A stretch of 25,846 nucleotides of DNA. Origin: an uncultured archaeon. Its GTDB lineage: Archaea > Asgardarchaeota > Thorarchaeia > Thorarchaeales > Thorarchaeaceae. Of this stretch, positions 16,895 to 25,846 are shown in pieces (position 1 is the first letter of the stretch; the number at the start of each line of letters is the position of its first letter). The position numbers and the translations under genes were made by a program. The DNA lies in contig CAYWJO010000048.1 in NCBI GenBank assembly GCA_964458565.1, positions 1-25,846 of the forward strand. Direction: 5' to 3'. The notes under the pieces were generated by a model. The model had not been told where the DNA came from and did not search any database. It saw only the letters and a list, made by a program, of their open reading frames with translations.

Positions 16895-18106
16895 TTACAT
16901 AATTTCCCATGAAGTTGCTATGCTAACACCTCCACCACCACAAAGTGTCGCCATTCCCTTCTTGAGACCTCGCTTCTTGAGAGCATGAATGAGAGTGATA
17001 ACAATTCTTGCTCCCGTCGCTCCAACTGGATGCCCAAGCCCTATTCCTGAGCCATTGACATTGGTTTTTTCTCGGTCAAATCCTAGTGGTTTGAGTCCTT
17101 TCTCTACAGCCAGGTACTGACTGGCAAATGCCTCGTTTAACTCGATAAGGTCCCAATCCTTGAAGGTTTCACTAATTCTCTCTATAAGTTGTTTTACTGC
17201 TGTAATTGGGGACTCACCCATGAGATGAGGTTCGCTACATCCCATTCCGTATCCAACAAACCTTGCTATAGGGTCGAATCCTAACTCATTGGCTTTATCA
17301 GCTGACATTAAAATCATTGCAGCAGCTCCATCATTTATTCCGCTTGAGTTCCCAGCTGTGACTGTTCCATCTTTCCTAAAAGCTGGTTTGAGTTTCGCAA
17401 GATCTTCCATTTTAAGCCCTGGCCTGAAGTGTTCGTCACGTTCAACTAGTCTGATTTCTTTTCTATCTTTGACTTCTATTGGAACCATCTCATCCTTGAA
17501 GTCACCATTATTTGTGGCACGTTCAGCATTGTTCTGTGACCTTAATGCCACGATGTCTTGTTCCTCTCTTGTGAATCCATACTTATCATTTAGGAACTCA
17601 GCAGTTTCTCCCATAATGTAATGTTTGCCAGATTCAGGGTGTGGGTAAAAGTGACTCCCTGCATGTAGACCTGTTGTTAAGGCGTCTACCAGTACTCCAT
17701 CGAATAGACGTTGTCCCCATCGGACATCTTCTAGACAATACGGAACATTCGACATTGATTCCACTCCTCCAGCGAGTACAACATCGGTATAGCCTGTTTG
17801 AATCTGAAGTACTCCGCTTACGATTGCTTCCATAGCTGATGTGCAGACGCGATTGATTGTTACTGCAGGTACGGTAAATGGAATCCCCGCTAGAAGTGCA
17901 GATACTCTCGCAATATTGAGAGCTTTTGGAGGCTCGAGACAGTTACCAAATCTGACATCCCCAATTAATGATGCATCTATACCAGCTCTTTCAACAGAGG
18001 CTTTCATTACCTGAGCTGCGAGTTCAGGCGCTTGCAATGGTTTTAAAGAACCTCCGAAAGCCCCTATCGGGCTCCTACATGCTGATATTACAACAATGTC
18101 TTTCAT
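16895..18106 (-). CDS. Acetyl-CoA C-acetyltransferase (thiolase)
   Basis: TINRVCTS (nucleophile Cys), AGGVESMS, TAGNSSGINDGA, ELNEAF, GHPVGATG, LCGGGG. Confidence 0.95.
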   Translation of the reverse strand: MKDIVVISACRSPIGAFGGSLKPLQAPELAAQVMKASVERAGIDASLIGDVRFGNCLEPPKALNIARVSALLAGIPFTVPAVTINRVCTSAMEAIVSGVLQIQTGYTDVVLAGGVESMSNVPYCLEDVRWGQRLFDGVLVDALTTGLHAGSHFYPHPESGKHYIMGETAEFLNDKYGFTREEQDIVALRSQNNAERATNNGDFKDEMVPIEVKDRKEIRLVERDEHFRPGLKMEDLAKLKPAFRKDGTVTAGNSSGINDGAAAMILMSADKANELGFDPIARFVGYGMGCSEPHLMGESPITAVKQLIERISETFKDWDLIELNEAFASQYLAVEKGLKPLGFDREKTNVNGSGIGLGHPVGATGARIVITLIHALKKRGLKKGMATLCGGGGVSIATSWEIM

Positions 18107-18218
18107 GAAATCCGTATCTGTAAGACTACCTTAAATCAAACTTGGTTATCACATGTATCATCTATTTAGTAATTCACAAATTTGACAAACTTCTATTAGA
18201 CGAAACAATACCAATTCT

Positions 18219-19850
18219 CTATCTATCCGGAAACTTGGTTGATTCTGTAAAAATCTTTGAAAATTCAGGTTGGTTTGCGAGTTCAACGTATCTTGTATTT
18301 TCAGAAATGGTAGTCATGAGTTTCTTCTGAGAGGTTGATATTAAGGCAAGTTTAGCCCCCTCTCCTGCCGCATTTCCAACTGGAACAATGTTCTCAATCC
18401 CAATATTTGGTAACAATCCTATACCAATGCAACTCTCCGGACGCAGGTAAGTTCCGAAAGCACCAGCGAGGTAGATCCCATCGAGCTGTGATAGTGAAAC
18501 ATCTGCGATATCCATCAGAATTGTAAATCCTGCCTGGATTGCTCCTTTAGCGAGCTGAACTTGACGCAAATCTCCTTGTGTGAATAGAATATCTCTTTCT
18601 CCACCAAACTCATCTCTCTTTAGGACAATGTACGCCTTCTCATTATTCTCCAATGTAATTATTCTCTCGGATTCCCCCATTCTTCCTCGCTGATCGATTA
18701 GCCCAACTTTCCATAGCTGATAAGTTAAATCGACTATCGCTGTACCACAGAGCCCTTCGGGTTTGGTATGGCCAATCGTTGCAATCTTGGGTCTCTTATC
18801 TCTGTCAATTATTGAAATGTATTCAATCGCTCCTATCTGAGCACGCATCCCATTCGTTATTGCTGCTCCCTCAAAAGCAGGACCTGCGGCTGCTGAACAG
18901 CAAGAGAGATTACCATTCTTGGCTAGTATTATCTCTCCATTAGTCCCAACATCTATACCCAAGGCAACTCCTTCATATTCGTCCAATCTTTGAGCTAATA
19001 TGAATGCAACTGCATCGCCCCCAATGAAACCGGAGATATTTGGAGCTACAAAAAATTGCGTCCGGTCAAGAGAATTCAGTTTCAGAGCATTCGCGTCTGT
19101 AATATGTGATTCCCTCATCTTTGGTGTATAGGGGTATCTTGATAATGAATATACATTAAGCCCGAGTAAGAGATGATGCATTACAGTATTTCCTACAACA
19201 GTTGCTCTTACTACGCTCTTGGGGCTAATGTCATATTTGTCTAGTAGAGCTGTTATCATTTGATCAAGCTTGGTTAATAGTGAATCCTGTAATTCGCTGA
19301 CGCTCTCTGGTCCTCCCAGCGCATATGCAATCCTCGAAACGACATCTCCACCAAACGACATTTGAGGATTCAAAGCGGATTCAACTCCAACCTGACTGCC
19401 AGTTTCAAGTTCTACAAGGTAACAGACTATAGTTGTAGTTCCGATATCAATAGCGATGCCATATTGATTTTCGGGAGTTTCATCGATTTGAACCTCTGAT
19501 GCAACTATTGCTCCATGTGTTAAAATCTTTGAATGTCCGAATGGCATGAGAATCTGTATGTGCCCGTCAGACTCCACCTTGTGCTCGCACGCAAGTCTGA
19601 TTCCCTCTTCAATTTCCTCAGATGTGAGGTACTCCATCTCTATGGATGTCGGACTTGGGTTTGTTTCGAAGATTACCCGACATTTGCCACAATTCCCCAT
19701 TCCTCCGCAATCAGAAGGTAGGTAGATGCCTGCTTGTCTAATCACCTCGAGACATGTTGAATCTGGTTCTGATTGCACCTTTTTGTCCATAGGTAATAAT
19801 GTGACCTTAAACCGATGCAGACTGTCAGGGTCTGTCACAGTAATGCACAT
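18219..19850 (-). CDS. ATP-dependent reductive activator of corrinoid proteins, RACo type (N-terminal [2Fe-2S] + ASKHA/DUF4445)
   Basis: CGGMGNCGKC...RLAC [2Fe-2S] motif; AIDIGTTT, NPQMSFGGDVVSRI, GNTVMHHLLLG, DVGTNGE, SAAAGPAFEG, GLCGT, LAGAFG, GNAAGEGA. Start uncertain: ATG 19850 or GTG 19838 are more plausible than 19928. Confidence 0.9.
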   Translation of the reverse strand: MCITVTDPDSLHRFKVTLLPMDKKVQSEPDSTCLEVIRQAGIYLPSDCGGMGNCGKCRVIFETNPSPTSIEMEYLTSEEIEEGIRLACEHKVESDGHIQILMPFGHSKILTHGAIVASEVQIDETPENQYGIAIDIGTTTIVCYLVELETGSQVGVESALNPQMSFGGDVVSRIAYALGGPESVSELQDSLLTKLDQMITALLDKYDISPKSVVRATVVGNTVMHHLLLGLNVYSLSRYPYTPKMRESHITDANALKLNSLDRTQFFVAPNISGFIGGDAVAFILAQRLDEYEGVALGIDVGTNGEIILAKNGNLSCCSAAAGPAFEGAAITNGMRAQIGAIEYISIIDRDKRPKIATIGHTKPEGLCGTAIVDLTYQLWKVGLIDQRGRMGESERIITLENNEKAYIVLKRDEFGGERDILFTQGDLRQVQLAKGAIQAGFTILMDIADVSLSQLDGIYLAGAFGTYLRPESCIGIGLLPNIGIENIVPVGNAAGEGAKLALISTSQKKLMTTISENTRYVELANQPEFSKIFTESTKFPDR

Positions 19851-20006
19851 CCAATGACTACGATATATTGAATATCTGACTGAACCATGGATGATTTCAT
19901 GTAAAAAGGTATCCGTGGATTTTCTCATTTAATTACAAGAAAGTATATCTGACTTCAGAATATCTTGAGTGGGAACTAATTAGATTCTTTTGGAGGCGAA
20001 ATAATA

Positions 20007-22472
20007 TTGCACAAGCGGCAGGCAACGCTGTTAGTGGTGTTATTCATAACACCGCTTCTTATGTCAGCTATGATGACGCCGACTGGGAATATCGAAACAC
20101 CATTAGTGTCATCTCCCGATGTGGACCTGAAGATTTCATATGTGGAATTTCCAGGTCCACTTTCAATTGGTGGCGATGAGATGTTCCATGAAATGGCTGA
20201 GAATGAGTCATGGGTTGGAGATGGATCTGAGTTTACTCCCTATGTTATTGAAGGATATAGTTTTGCAGTTGATGGAATCTGTATTTCCTTTACGGACATA
20301 TCTGTCTATTTCGAGATTCGTAACTGCTACATAACCAATAACGGTACTCCATACCCTAATTCAGCAATAGTAATGTGGAATGTAACTCATGGTGCGATAA
20401 TAGATACTGGTATCTACCAGATGGCTTATGGTCTTGATATTGCTAAGGGCCCAAACCTACTCATTCAGAATGTAACAGTATCTGACATGTCTAATGTGGG
20501 AATGACACTGATAGAGAGCCCCGGTTTGACAATCACTGACTGTGAAGTATATGATATAGGTATGAATGGCATTGCTGTCCACCTCAGCAATGATTCAATC
20601 ATAGTTAATAACCATGTTTATAATTGTGACAATTATGGGATTTCTGTTTATCACTCATCCTTTTGCTACGTTGAGAATAATGATGTGTATTCAAATCTGG
20701 GGAGTGGTGTGTATCTCGATAATGCACACAACTGCACAATAGAAGGCAATACGATTTATGACAACTGGTACTTCACTGCACCTACATGCGGTGTTCATCT
20801 ATGGTTATCAGACTATTGCTCAATTGTTGGAAATGACATCTTTGACAATGCAAGAAACGGAATCGCTGTCTATGGATCTCAATATGCCAATATCTTTGAC
20901 AATGCTATTTACAATAATTCCGACCATGGAATTGATGCAGCTACCTCACATAATGGGACTATCAGTCAGAATGATATTCATTCCAACGGTTGGTGGCCTA
21001 TCATCTTGAATTCATTATGTGGTATCCACCTAGGACCCTCAACCGGTTGGGTCATTGAAAATAACCAGATTCACAATAACACACCATCCGGTATCACGAT
21101 GTATGATGATGACCATATCGTCATTGGCAATGATATCTACGATAACACCGATTTTGGAATACTTGCTTCAAACGCAGATGGTGTCCAGGTCTTGGAAAAT
21201 AGAATCTGGGGTAATGGCTGGCTAGGAGAGGCAATGGATCGTGGTGGAATGTCTTTTCAGAGCTGCTACAAATGGTGGGTTGAGGGTAACACTGTATTCA
21301 ACAATAGTGAGAATGGAATATCCTGGTATGGTGATTATAACACTGTCATTGGCAACAAAATCTTCAACAACGTTGTATTAGGTATTAGCACATTTGAATG
21401 CTATAACAACACCATAGCTAATAATATCGTCTACGGCAATACGGTTGGAATCTTTGTTGTAAATGTCGGTACGAATGTCACTGGCAACATCGCGTTTGAT
21501 AACGAGTACGGTATTATTATGGAAAATAGTGGTAGTTGCTGGATATATGGCAATGACTTTGCATGGAATGATCAGAACGCTATGGAGACCCTCACCTTCC
21601 CTGATATGCCACTAATGTGGTATGAGAATGAAACTCAAATTGGGAATCACTGGGGTGATTGGTCTGGGATTGGGATTTACGATATCTATAATGAATCCGC
21701 TATTGTCAATGCTGATATCTACCCATTAAGGAGTCTATATCTTCTTCCAGCGTTGCCGATCTCCTATGAAGTGAGTGAGGATTGGACTTCAAAACAGATG
21801 ACATGGCAAGCTTATGCTTTACACCCAACCTACTTCGTGGTCTACGTAGATGACGAACTATATTTCGATGGGGAATGGGATGGTGAGGTAATCACAATCG
21901 TTGTAGACGACCTAGCAGGTGGTATGCATACCGTATATATGGAGGTCTATCATATCTCAGGACATTCTATGAACGCAACCTCATTCCTCGAAATCTATGA
22001 CCTGACTCCACCCGAGTGGGAGACCACGCCATCCGATCAAGAGACCTACGAGGGTCTACCATTCAGTTATCAGCTTGGAGCATTTGATCTATCTGGAATT
22101 GGTGGATGGGGCATAAATGGAACTGCTTTCGACATCGATGATACAGGTCTGATAACGAATATTATTAGCCTGGTTGTGGGGGACTATACTCTCAATATCA
22201 GTGTGTGGGACCCATTCGGAAACACGAGGTCTCATATAATTAAGGTCCACGTTCTTCCAGAACCAACCTCACCAACAACATGTTGTTTAACTTCAACAAT
22301 CACAACATCTACAACAACAACTACGACTACAGTTTCACCAACGACATCAACTACTTCCTCTATACCATCTCCGGGAGATGGTTTTGTCACTATGATGTTG
22401 ATTATTGGAGTTGGAGGTGGAATTGTCGTAATTGTTGTGATAATCGTTCTCTATAAAACCCGAGGTAGATAA
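20007..22472 (+). CDS. NosD-like right-handed parallel beta-helix surface protein with Ig/cadherin-like domains and TM anchor (paralog 1)
   Basis: GGAGG + TTG start; signal peptide; W.GDGS...PY.IEGY cap; many ~22-aa I..N.I..N...GI repeats; GNHW terminus motif; two beta-sandwich-like domains; Thr/Ser linker; TM; KTRGR. Confidence 0.88.
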   Translation: MHKRQATLLVVLFITPLLMSAMMTPTGNIETPLVSSPDVDLKISYVEFPGPLSIGGDEMFHEMAENESWVGDGSEFTPYVIEGYSFAVDGICISFTDISVYFEIRNCYITNNGTPYPNSAIVMWNVTHGAIIDTGIYQMAYGLDIAKGPNLLIQNVTVSDMSNVGMTLIESPGLTITDCEVYDIGMNGIAVHLSNDSIIVNNHVYNCDNYGISVYHSSFCYVENNDVYSNLGSGVYLDNAHNCTIEGNTIYDNWYFTAPTCGVHLWLSDYCSIVGNDIFDNARNGIAVYGSQYANIFDNAIYNNSDHGIDAATSHNGTISQNDIHSNGWWPIILNSLCGIHLGPSTGWVIENNQIHNNTPSGITMYDDDHIVIGNDIYDNTDFGILASNADGVQVLENRIWGNGWLGEAMDRGGMSFQSCYKWWVEGNTVFNNSENGISWYGDYNTVIGNKIFNNVVLGISTFECYNNTIANNIVYGNTVGIFVVNVGTNVTGNIAFDNEYGIIMENSGSCWIYGNDFAWNDQNAMETLTFPDMPLMWYENETQIGNHWGDWSGIGIYDIYNESAIVNADIYPLRSLYLLPALPISYEVSEDWTSKQMTWQAYALHPTYFVVYVDDELYFDGEWDGEVITIVVDDLAGGMHTVYMEVYHISGHSMNATSFLEIYDLTPPEWETTPSDQETYEGLPFSYQLGAFDLSGIGGWGINGTAFDIDDTGLITNIISLVVGDYTLNISVWDPFGNTRSHIIKVHVLPEPTSPTTCCLTSTITTSTTTTTTTVSPTTSTTSSIPSPGDGFVTMMLIIGVGGGIVVIVVIIVLYKTRGR

Positions 22473-22481
22473 AATAACTAT

Positions 22482-22514
22482 AGGAGCCTATATGGCTCCT
22501 TTACCTCTATTTTT
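22482..22514 (+). terminator. GGAGCC/GGCTCC hairpin terminator
   Basis: AGGAGCC-tatat-GGCTCCT about 10 nt after the stop, followed by a T-rich run. Confidence 0.65.
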
Positions 22515-22556
22515 GGTTATATTTCCTTTGAACCATCTTTAAGAAGATTGCCAATA

Positions 22557-22699
22557 GAATCCAACGCTGCAAAATTCCCTCCTTTCTTTTTATTCTGACT
22601 TTTGTTTCATCTCAAATCTATTTCTTTAGAAAGGAATATGAAAATAAGAAAGCATATCTTAGTATTCCACTATTTTAGGGAAATTATCGCGTTGGAATC
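22557..22699. repeat. Long imperfect inverted repeat enclosing a ~95-bp spacer
   Basis: GAATCCAACGCTGCAAAATTCCCT (22557-22580) versus the reverse complement of 22677-22699 (GATTCCAACGCGATAATTTCCCT): about 19/24 with one gap by eye. Confidence 0.5.
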
Positions 22700-22711
22700 C
22701 GAGGGATAAAT

Positions 22712-25171
22712 GTGTTCAAAATAAGATACCTGCCCCTTTTTTTCATATTACTTACGGGTTTTATCTGGCTACCTAACGGGATTAACTCTCTGCTAATTGA
22801 GGAAGTTCGTAGTGATCTCCAGCCTTCAATGAGTAATAGAATGACGCCTTCCTATGAAATTCATTCAACAATATCGATTTTGAATGATACTGATTTCTAT
22901 ATAAAATCTCAAGCAGAGAATTGGGACGGAGATGGAAGTAGTGATACTCCGTATATCATAGAGGGTTACAACATCACAGCAGATGTTACGTGCATTTCCA
23001 TGTACGACATATCGGTGTATTTTATCATCAGAGATTGCTATCTGTCCTCAGGCTTTGATATGGGGATGAGGGGAATTGCGTTTGACAATGTCACAAATGG
23101 AAGAGTGGAACAATGTGTTATCGAGAGTTCCTTCATAGGCATCAGCCTCTATGAATCCCCAGGGAACTTCATAACCAATTGCAATGTGAATTATGGCTCG
23201 GAGGCTGGCATCCAACTCTCCAATTCAGACTATGTCACAATCACTGATTGCTATGTCTTCCATAGTGGTGATGGATTCAACATTGGTTCATCGGACTTTG
23301 TCACCATTCAAACCTGTACAGTTTGGGACAGCTATGCCCGTGGAATATATGTCAGTAACTGTGAGAACACAATGGTCGATGGTTGTGATGTTTATGACAA
23401 TGGTGAGTATAGTACTAGCGGTGTCGAGTTCAGAAACTCTAGCAACTCATCTGTTAAGAACAACAATATCTTCGACAACTACCATACCGGTCTATACCTA
23501 TACAATGCTTTTCTCTACAATATAACGGGGAACAACGTATACAACAATTCAGAGACCGGAATCAAGATGGACTCATCATGCAATATGATTAACATCACTG
23601 AAAATGCCGTCTACGAAAATGGCTGGTGGGATTCAATTCTACTTTCTCCTGGTGGTATTCTTTCGGGAGTAATGATCAACCTCACAATTCACAAGAATAC
23701 GATTTTCAATAACTCGCAAAATGGAATTCTCATGAATGGAACTTACAAGCCAATAGTCACTGAGAATGAGATCTACGATAATCCGCAATGTGGGATACTT
23801 GCTGACCACGTTGATAATGCACATGTTGAGATGAATCATATCTATGGCAATGGTTGGAATTCTAGCATGCCAATTGATAATGGCATCTACGCCACTTTCA
23901 GTAACGAGTGGGGCGTCTTCGGGAATGAGATTGTCGACAATAGTCATTCAGGAATGATCTTCTATGATTCATATGGCCATCTCATTGAGAATAACTTTGT
24001 TAACTGGAGTGTTGGTTATGGTATCGCACTGGTCTGGACAACAGATACAGTCATCACAGGAAACCATCTGATTGGCCATCTCAGTAATTGCATTAGATTA
24101 ACACAATCTCACCGAAGTAATATCACCAACAACATAATTCAGGGTGGTAATAGCAGTATCCGGATTCTGTGGTCTGAAAATGTACTCATCTCATACAACA
24201 TCATTTGGGATGCATTGACATATGGTATCTGGTTGGATACTACTGACAATAGCACGGTCTTCTACAATGATATCGGTTGGAACGGAATTGCCAATGCAAT
24301 TGATGACCAAGGTTCGGGTAACGTATGGGATGATGGGGATAGCGTTGGAAATTGGTGGAACAATTGGCAAGTAGGTTCCGGCCCTTACAATATCACTGAC
24401 CTCTCTAATGTTCTCCAGAACCAGGACAATCATCCAAACCGTAGCATTGAGATTCTGTCAGCTCCCACTCCGATTGCGTATGAGATCTCGTCTACTGGTA
24501 ACACAATGGAATTTGCAGCTCAGGCTCTGAATCCTCTGGTCTATGAAGTGTATGCTAATGGTACATTGATTGATGAGGGTGATTGGATTGGAGGACTCAT
24601 TGTTGCTGATGTCGATGGACTCGGTGCCGGATATAGCGTCATGGAGTTCCGAGCTATCCATATCTCCGGTCATTACCGGTCAGCATACTCATCCGCAACG
24701 GTGACAGATCTTACCCCACCAGAATGGATAATCGGACCACATGATGAACTACTTCGTCCTTATCAATCTCTAAGTCAGCAACTAGAAGCTTTCGATCATT
24801 CGTCTCTGATATGGTATGTGAATGACACAACTAATTTTGCTATTTCTGCAACGGGGCTTCTTACAAACAACACAATACTCGAGATGGGTGATTATGGTCT
24901 GCGTGTGTGCGTCGAGGATGTTTACGGAAATCTTCAAGACTGGGAGGTTAGGATTCGTGTCTATCCATCAACCACAACTGCGACTTCGACTACCCCTACA
25001 ACGATAACTTCGATATCGTCGACAACACAATGGAGTACCGAATCAAGTAGCACTCCATCGCCATCAACTTCAACGACTCCTGGTGATCTGACTCTAATTA
25101 TAATCATTATCGGAGCAGGTGGTGTTATTGTCGTTATTGTCATTATTGTAATCTTTTCGAAAAAACGTTGA
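22712..25171 (+). CDS. NosD-like beta-helix surface protein (paralog 2)
   Basis: GAGGGA + GTG start; same architecture as 20007 (WDGDGSSDTPYIIEGY, beta-helix repeats, GNWW, YHISGH/IHISGH, DLTPPEW, Ser/Thr linker, TM, SKKR). Confidence 0.88.
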   Translation: MFKIRYLPLFFILLTGFIWLPNGINSLLIEEVRSDLQPSMSNRMTPSYEIHSTISILNDTDFYIKSQAENWDGDGSSDTPYIIEGYNITADVTCISMYDISVYFIIRDCYLSSGFDMGMRGIAFDNVTNGRVEQCVIESSFIGISLYESPGNFITNCNVNYGSEAGIQLSNSDYVTITDCYVFHSGDGFNIGSSDFVTIQTCTVWDSYARGIYVSNCENTMVDGCDVYDNGEYSTSGVEFRNSSNSSVKNNNIFDNYHTGLYLYNAFLYNITGNNVYNNSETGIKMDSSCNMINITENAVYENGWWDSILLSPGGILSGVMINLTIHKNTIFNNSQNGILMNGTYKPIVTENEIYDNPQCGILADHVDNAHVEMNHIYGNGWNSSMPIDNGIYATFSNEWGVFGNEIVDNSHSGMIFYDSYGHLIENNFVNWSVGYGIALVWTTDTVITGNHLIGHLSNCIRLTQSHRSNITNNIIQGGNSSIRILWSENVLISYNIIWDALTYGIWLDTTDNSTVFYNDIGWNGIANAIDDQGSGNVWDDGDSVGNWWNNWQVGSGPYNITDLSNVLQNQDNHPNRSIEILSAPTPIAYEISSTGNTMEFAAQALNPLVYEVYANGTLIDEGDWIGGLIVADVDGLGAGYSVMEFRAIHISGHYRSAYSSATVTDLTPPEWIIGPHDELLRPYQSLSQQLEAFDHSSLIWYVNDTTNFAISATGLLTNNTILEMGDYGLRVCVEDVYGNLQDWEVRIRVYPSTTTATSTTPTTITSISSTTQWSTESSSTPSPSTSTTPGDLTLIIIIIGAGGVIVVIVIIVIFSKKR

Positions 25172-25183
25172 TAGAAAGATTCT

Positions 25184-25216
25184 GGAGCCATCTTGGCTCC
25201 TCACTTTTTTCTTTTT
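25184..25216 (+). terminator. GGAGCC/GGCTCC hairpin terminator
   Basis: GGAGCCA-tct-TGGCTCC followed by tcacTTTTTTcTTTTT. Confidence 0.7.
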
Positions 25217-25274
25217 GAAACCAAATATAACAAGACATATCTGTTCATGTTTCTTCTTGATGGAGGTACTCGCT

Positions 25275-25846
25275 ATGCACCGAGGGAGAAATTTGATACG
25301 AAAAGCCAGAATAATTCTAATCTTGAGTGTATGTCTAATTCTAACTCTTTCATCAACTGCTACAGAAGATACGTCTGTCGTCGATGAGAGCTTGAAAGTC
25401 ACCCCCACAATGAACTTCCAAAAGTCCTGGGAGACACATGGCAGAATCGAGATTCTTAATGATACACATTTCGATGATGTGGCTGCAGCAGAAGGCTGGG
25501 CTGGAGGTGGTAATTCTACTCATCCGTATATCATTGAGAATTATGATGTCTCATCTGATAATATTAACATCCGCATCTGGACAACATCACGTCATTTCAT
25601 TATTCGTAACTGCTACTTACAACCGAACCTTTCACCGTTCAGTAATTTTGGGGTATACCTCTATCTAACTCCTAATGCTGTGATAGAAAATGTCACTGTA
25701 TTTCAGAAAATGGTTGGGTTTTACATGTATGATACTGATAATATCATCGTGACAGAGAGTAAAGCAGACTCCTGTGATAATGGATTCTTTATGTTATACT
25801 CAAACAATGTAGATTTCTCTGAAATAGAGGCCACCGACTGCAGCAT
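25275..25846 (+). CDS. NosD-like beta-helix surface protein (paralog 3, runs off the window; absent from the ORF track)
   Basis: GGAGG at 25262-25266, ATG at 25275. My translation: MHRGRNLIRKARIILILSVCLILTLSS...HGRIEILNDTHF...EGWAGGGNSTHPYIIENY...FIIRNCYL..., open to the window end and homologous to the N-termini of the two preceding genes. Confidence 0.88.
   Translation, partial: MHRGRNLIRKARIILILSVCLILTLSSTATEDTSVVDESLKVTPTMNFQKSWETHGRIEILNDTHFDDVAAAEGWAGGGNSTHPYIIENYDVSSDNINIRIWTTSRHFIIRNCYLQPNLSPFSNFGVYLYLTPNAVIENVTVFQKMVGFYMYDTDNIIVTESKADSCDNGFFMLYSNNVDFSEIEATDCS

Noticed and set aside
18170-18221. Pyrrolysine or selenocysteine readthrough at TAG/TGA stops (RACo, LpdA-like, PspC)
   Set aside because: The proteins are complete at their stops and the downstream frames close within a few to about 15 codons.
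19851-19928. N-terminal extension of RACo in the ORF track
   Set aside because: Precedes the ferredoxin domain, does not look domain-like, and likely overlaps the divergent promoter region.
42-25007. Numerous 60-125 aa ORFs overlapping the long genes on either strand
   Set aside because: Shadow ORFs inside well-supported CDSs with no recognisable motifs.
25094-25668. ORFs 25094-25408 (-), 25193-25387 (+), 25438-25668 (+)
   Set aside because: Explained as alternative frames of the real gene starting at 25275.
20007-25846. Nitrous oxide reductase maturation (nosD) function
   Set aside because: Only the fold is shared; no nosZ/F/Y, and the proteins are long, stalked paralogs.

Overview
AT-rich archaeal window. 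Gene content and protein style suggest an Asgard archaeon, probably Thorarchaeia; this is inference, as no marker gene is present. About two thirds of the window encodes single-pass cell-surface proteins (signal peptide, ectodomain, usually a Ser/Thr-rich linker, C-terminal TM helix, basic tail). The left 11.3 kb holds four paralogous family-5 (OppA/DppA-like) solute-binding proteins plus one SBBP beta-propeller/TSP3-like repeat protein. All four binding proteins have a circularly permuted motif order, and no ABC permease or ATPase lies in the window. The middle block encodes a cytoplasmic PAS-PAS histidine kinase, a small secreted acidic protein, a tandem wHTH Lrp/AsnC-like regulator, a TRASH/YHS mini-protein, a class-I disulfide oxidoreductase (LpdA-like), a PspC-domain protein, a thiolase and a RACo-type [2Fe-2S]/ASKHA corrinoid activator. 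The right end is a tandem array of three NosD-like beta-helix surface proteins; the third is truncated by the window edge and missing from the ORF track. Most notable: the permuted, orphan binding-protein array with paralog-specific CxC motifs; a candidate ~150-nt structured RNA or MITE at 7090-7238; a second long inverted repeat at 22557-22699; and recurrent hairpin plus T-tract terminators.
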